Below the pieces are notes generated by a model that worked only from the letters and a program-made list of their open reading frames with translations, was not told the DNA's origin and made no database searches. A stretch of DNA of 64,000 nt from contig OZ242214.1 in assembly GCA_965206595.1 (NCBI GenBank), positions 768,001-832,000 on the forward strand. Direction: 5' to 3'. Source of the stretch: Candidatus Latescibacterota bacterium (GTDB lineage Bacteria > Latescibacterota > UBA2968 > UBA8231). Position 1 is the stretch's first letter; every line of letters begins with the position of its first letter. Shown here piece by piece: positions 63,451 to 64,000 of this stretch. The position numbers and the translations under genes are program-made.

Positions 63451-63827
63451 GTTTTTTTACCTTCGGTACGTTTTCGCTTTATCTCATTTATTGTAATCCT
63501 ACGCGCACCTAAAGCCTTACATAGGGTCAAAAAGTGCAGATGTTTATCTATCCCAAATCGTTTAACCGCTTCTGTGGAAGAAGCATACCTGTCCGTATCG
63601 AAAGGGCTTTGAATCAGTACAGAACCTGGCTTTACAAGTCCTTTATCAATTAAATTTTGTACTACGGGATTGGATTCCTTTATTGAAAAAGGAAGAATGT
63701 ACACTTCTTCATTGAGTAGGAGATCCGCTCCGCCTTCTTCGTATTGTAAAGCATCGATGTCTTGTTGGTTCAGTACAAATACAGCTTTCCGACTAAGGGG
63801 TTCATTTGGCCAATTATCATCGGTCAT
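63451..63827 (-). pseudogene. Low-GC hypothetical protein truncated by ISL3
   Basis: ATG 63827 with RBS AGGAG; ORF runs into the ISL3 right end. Confidence 0.55.
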
Positions 63828-63878
63828 GCTCTGTCTCCTGGGTATGATTCGAGGGTGGTTTTGGTGGGAAGTCTTGGG

Positions 63879-64000
63879 TTAGGCCTTGCCACCAATTAAC
63901 TGGACTACTGCCGTCTTGCCGGCGCCGGGATCGTCGGCGAGCAGGAAGCGCAGCGGCTGCCGCGGCAGCATGGCCTCGTACACGGCGGTGATCTGGTGCG
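63879..64000 (-). pseudogene. SNF2-family helicase fragment ending just after Walker A
   Basis: Manual translation [29 protein letters not shown], then unrelated [10 protein letters not shown]. Confidence 0.7.

Overview
GC-rich bacterial DNA with several lower-GC islands. The gene content (five PhyH-type Fe(II)/2OG dioxygenases plus a fragment, many glycan-active enzymes, secreted proteins ending in a FlgD-Ig domain or a TWGxIK motif) resembles marine-sponge symbionts such as Latescibacterota/Poribacteria; this is an inference. Metabolic genes: long-type GAPDH, TIM-barrel epimerase, DUF1015, lactonase, GH36, two enolase-superfamily enzymes, SDR, phosphoesterase-PQQ fusion, PHP hydrolase, DUF1538x2-PII-CBS operon, GHL10-like, sialidase-like, GH38, heparinase II/III and SCO. 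Mobile elements: IS256, two IS630, two inverted IS1380, ISL3, and IS1595, IS481 and IS91 remnants. A ~2,700-aa M6-protease/cadherin/FN3/Calx-beta/FlgD surface protein is split by IS256 and IS630. An ECF sigma/anti-sigma/DUF6249 locus has two identical back-to-back promoter motifs (TGAAAC-N16-GCTCTA). The right third is a defence-type island: truncated Avs2-like STAND NTPase, RES-Xre TA pair, a ParB-HEPN/Dam/HEPN operon, and SIR2 and SNF2 fragments. Its cargo blocks are separated by three co-oriented ~140-bp repeats that look like IS91/ISCR oriIS ends, the best candidate here for an undescribed gene-capture system. Several frameshifts are single-base indels in short homopolymers and may be sequencing errors. 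No rRNA, tRNA or CRISPR array was seen.
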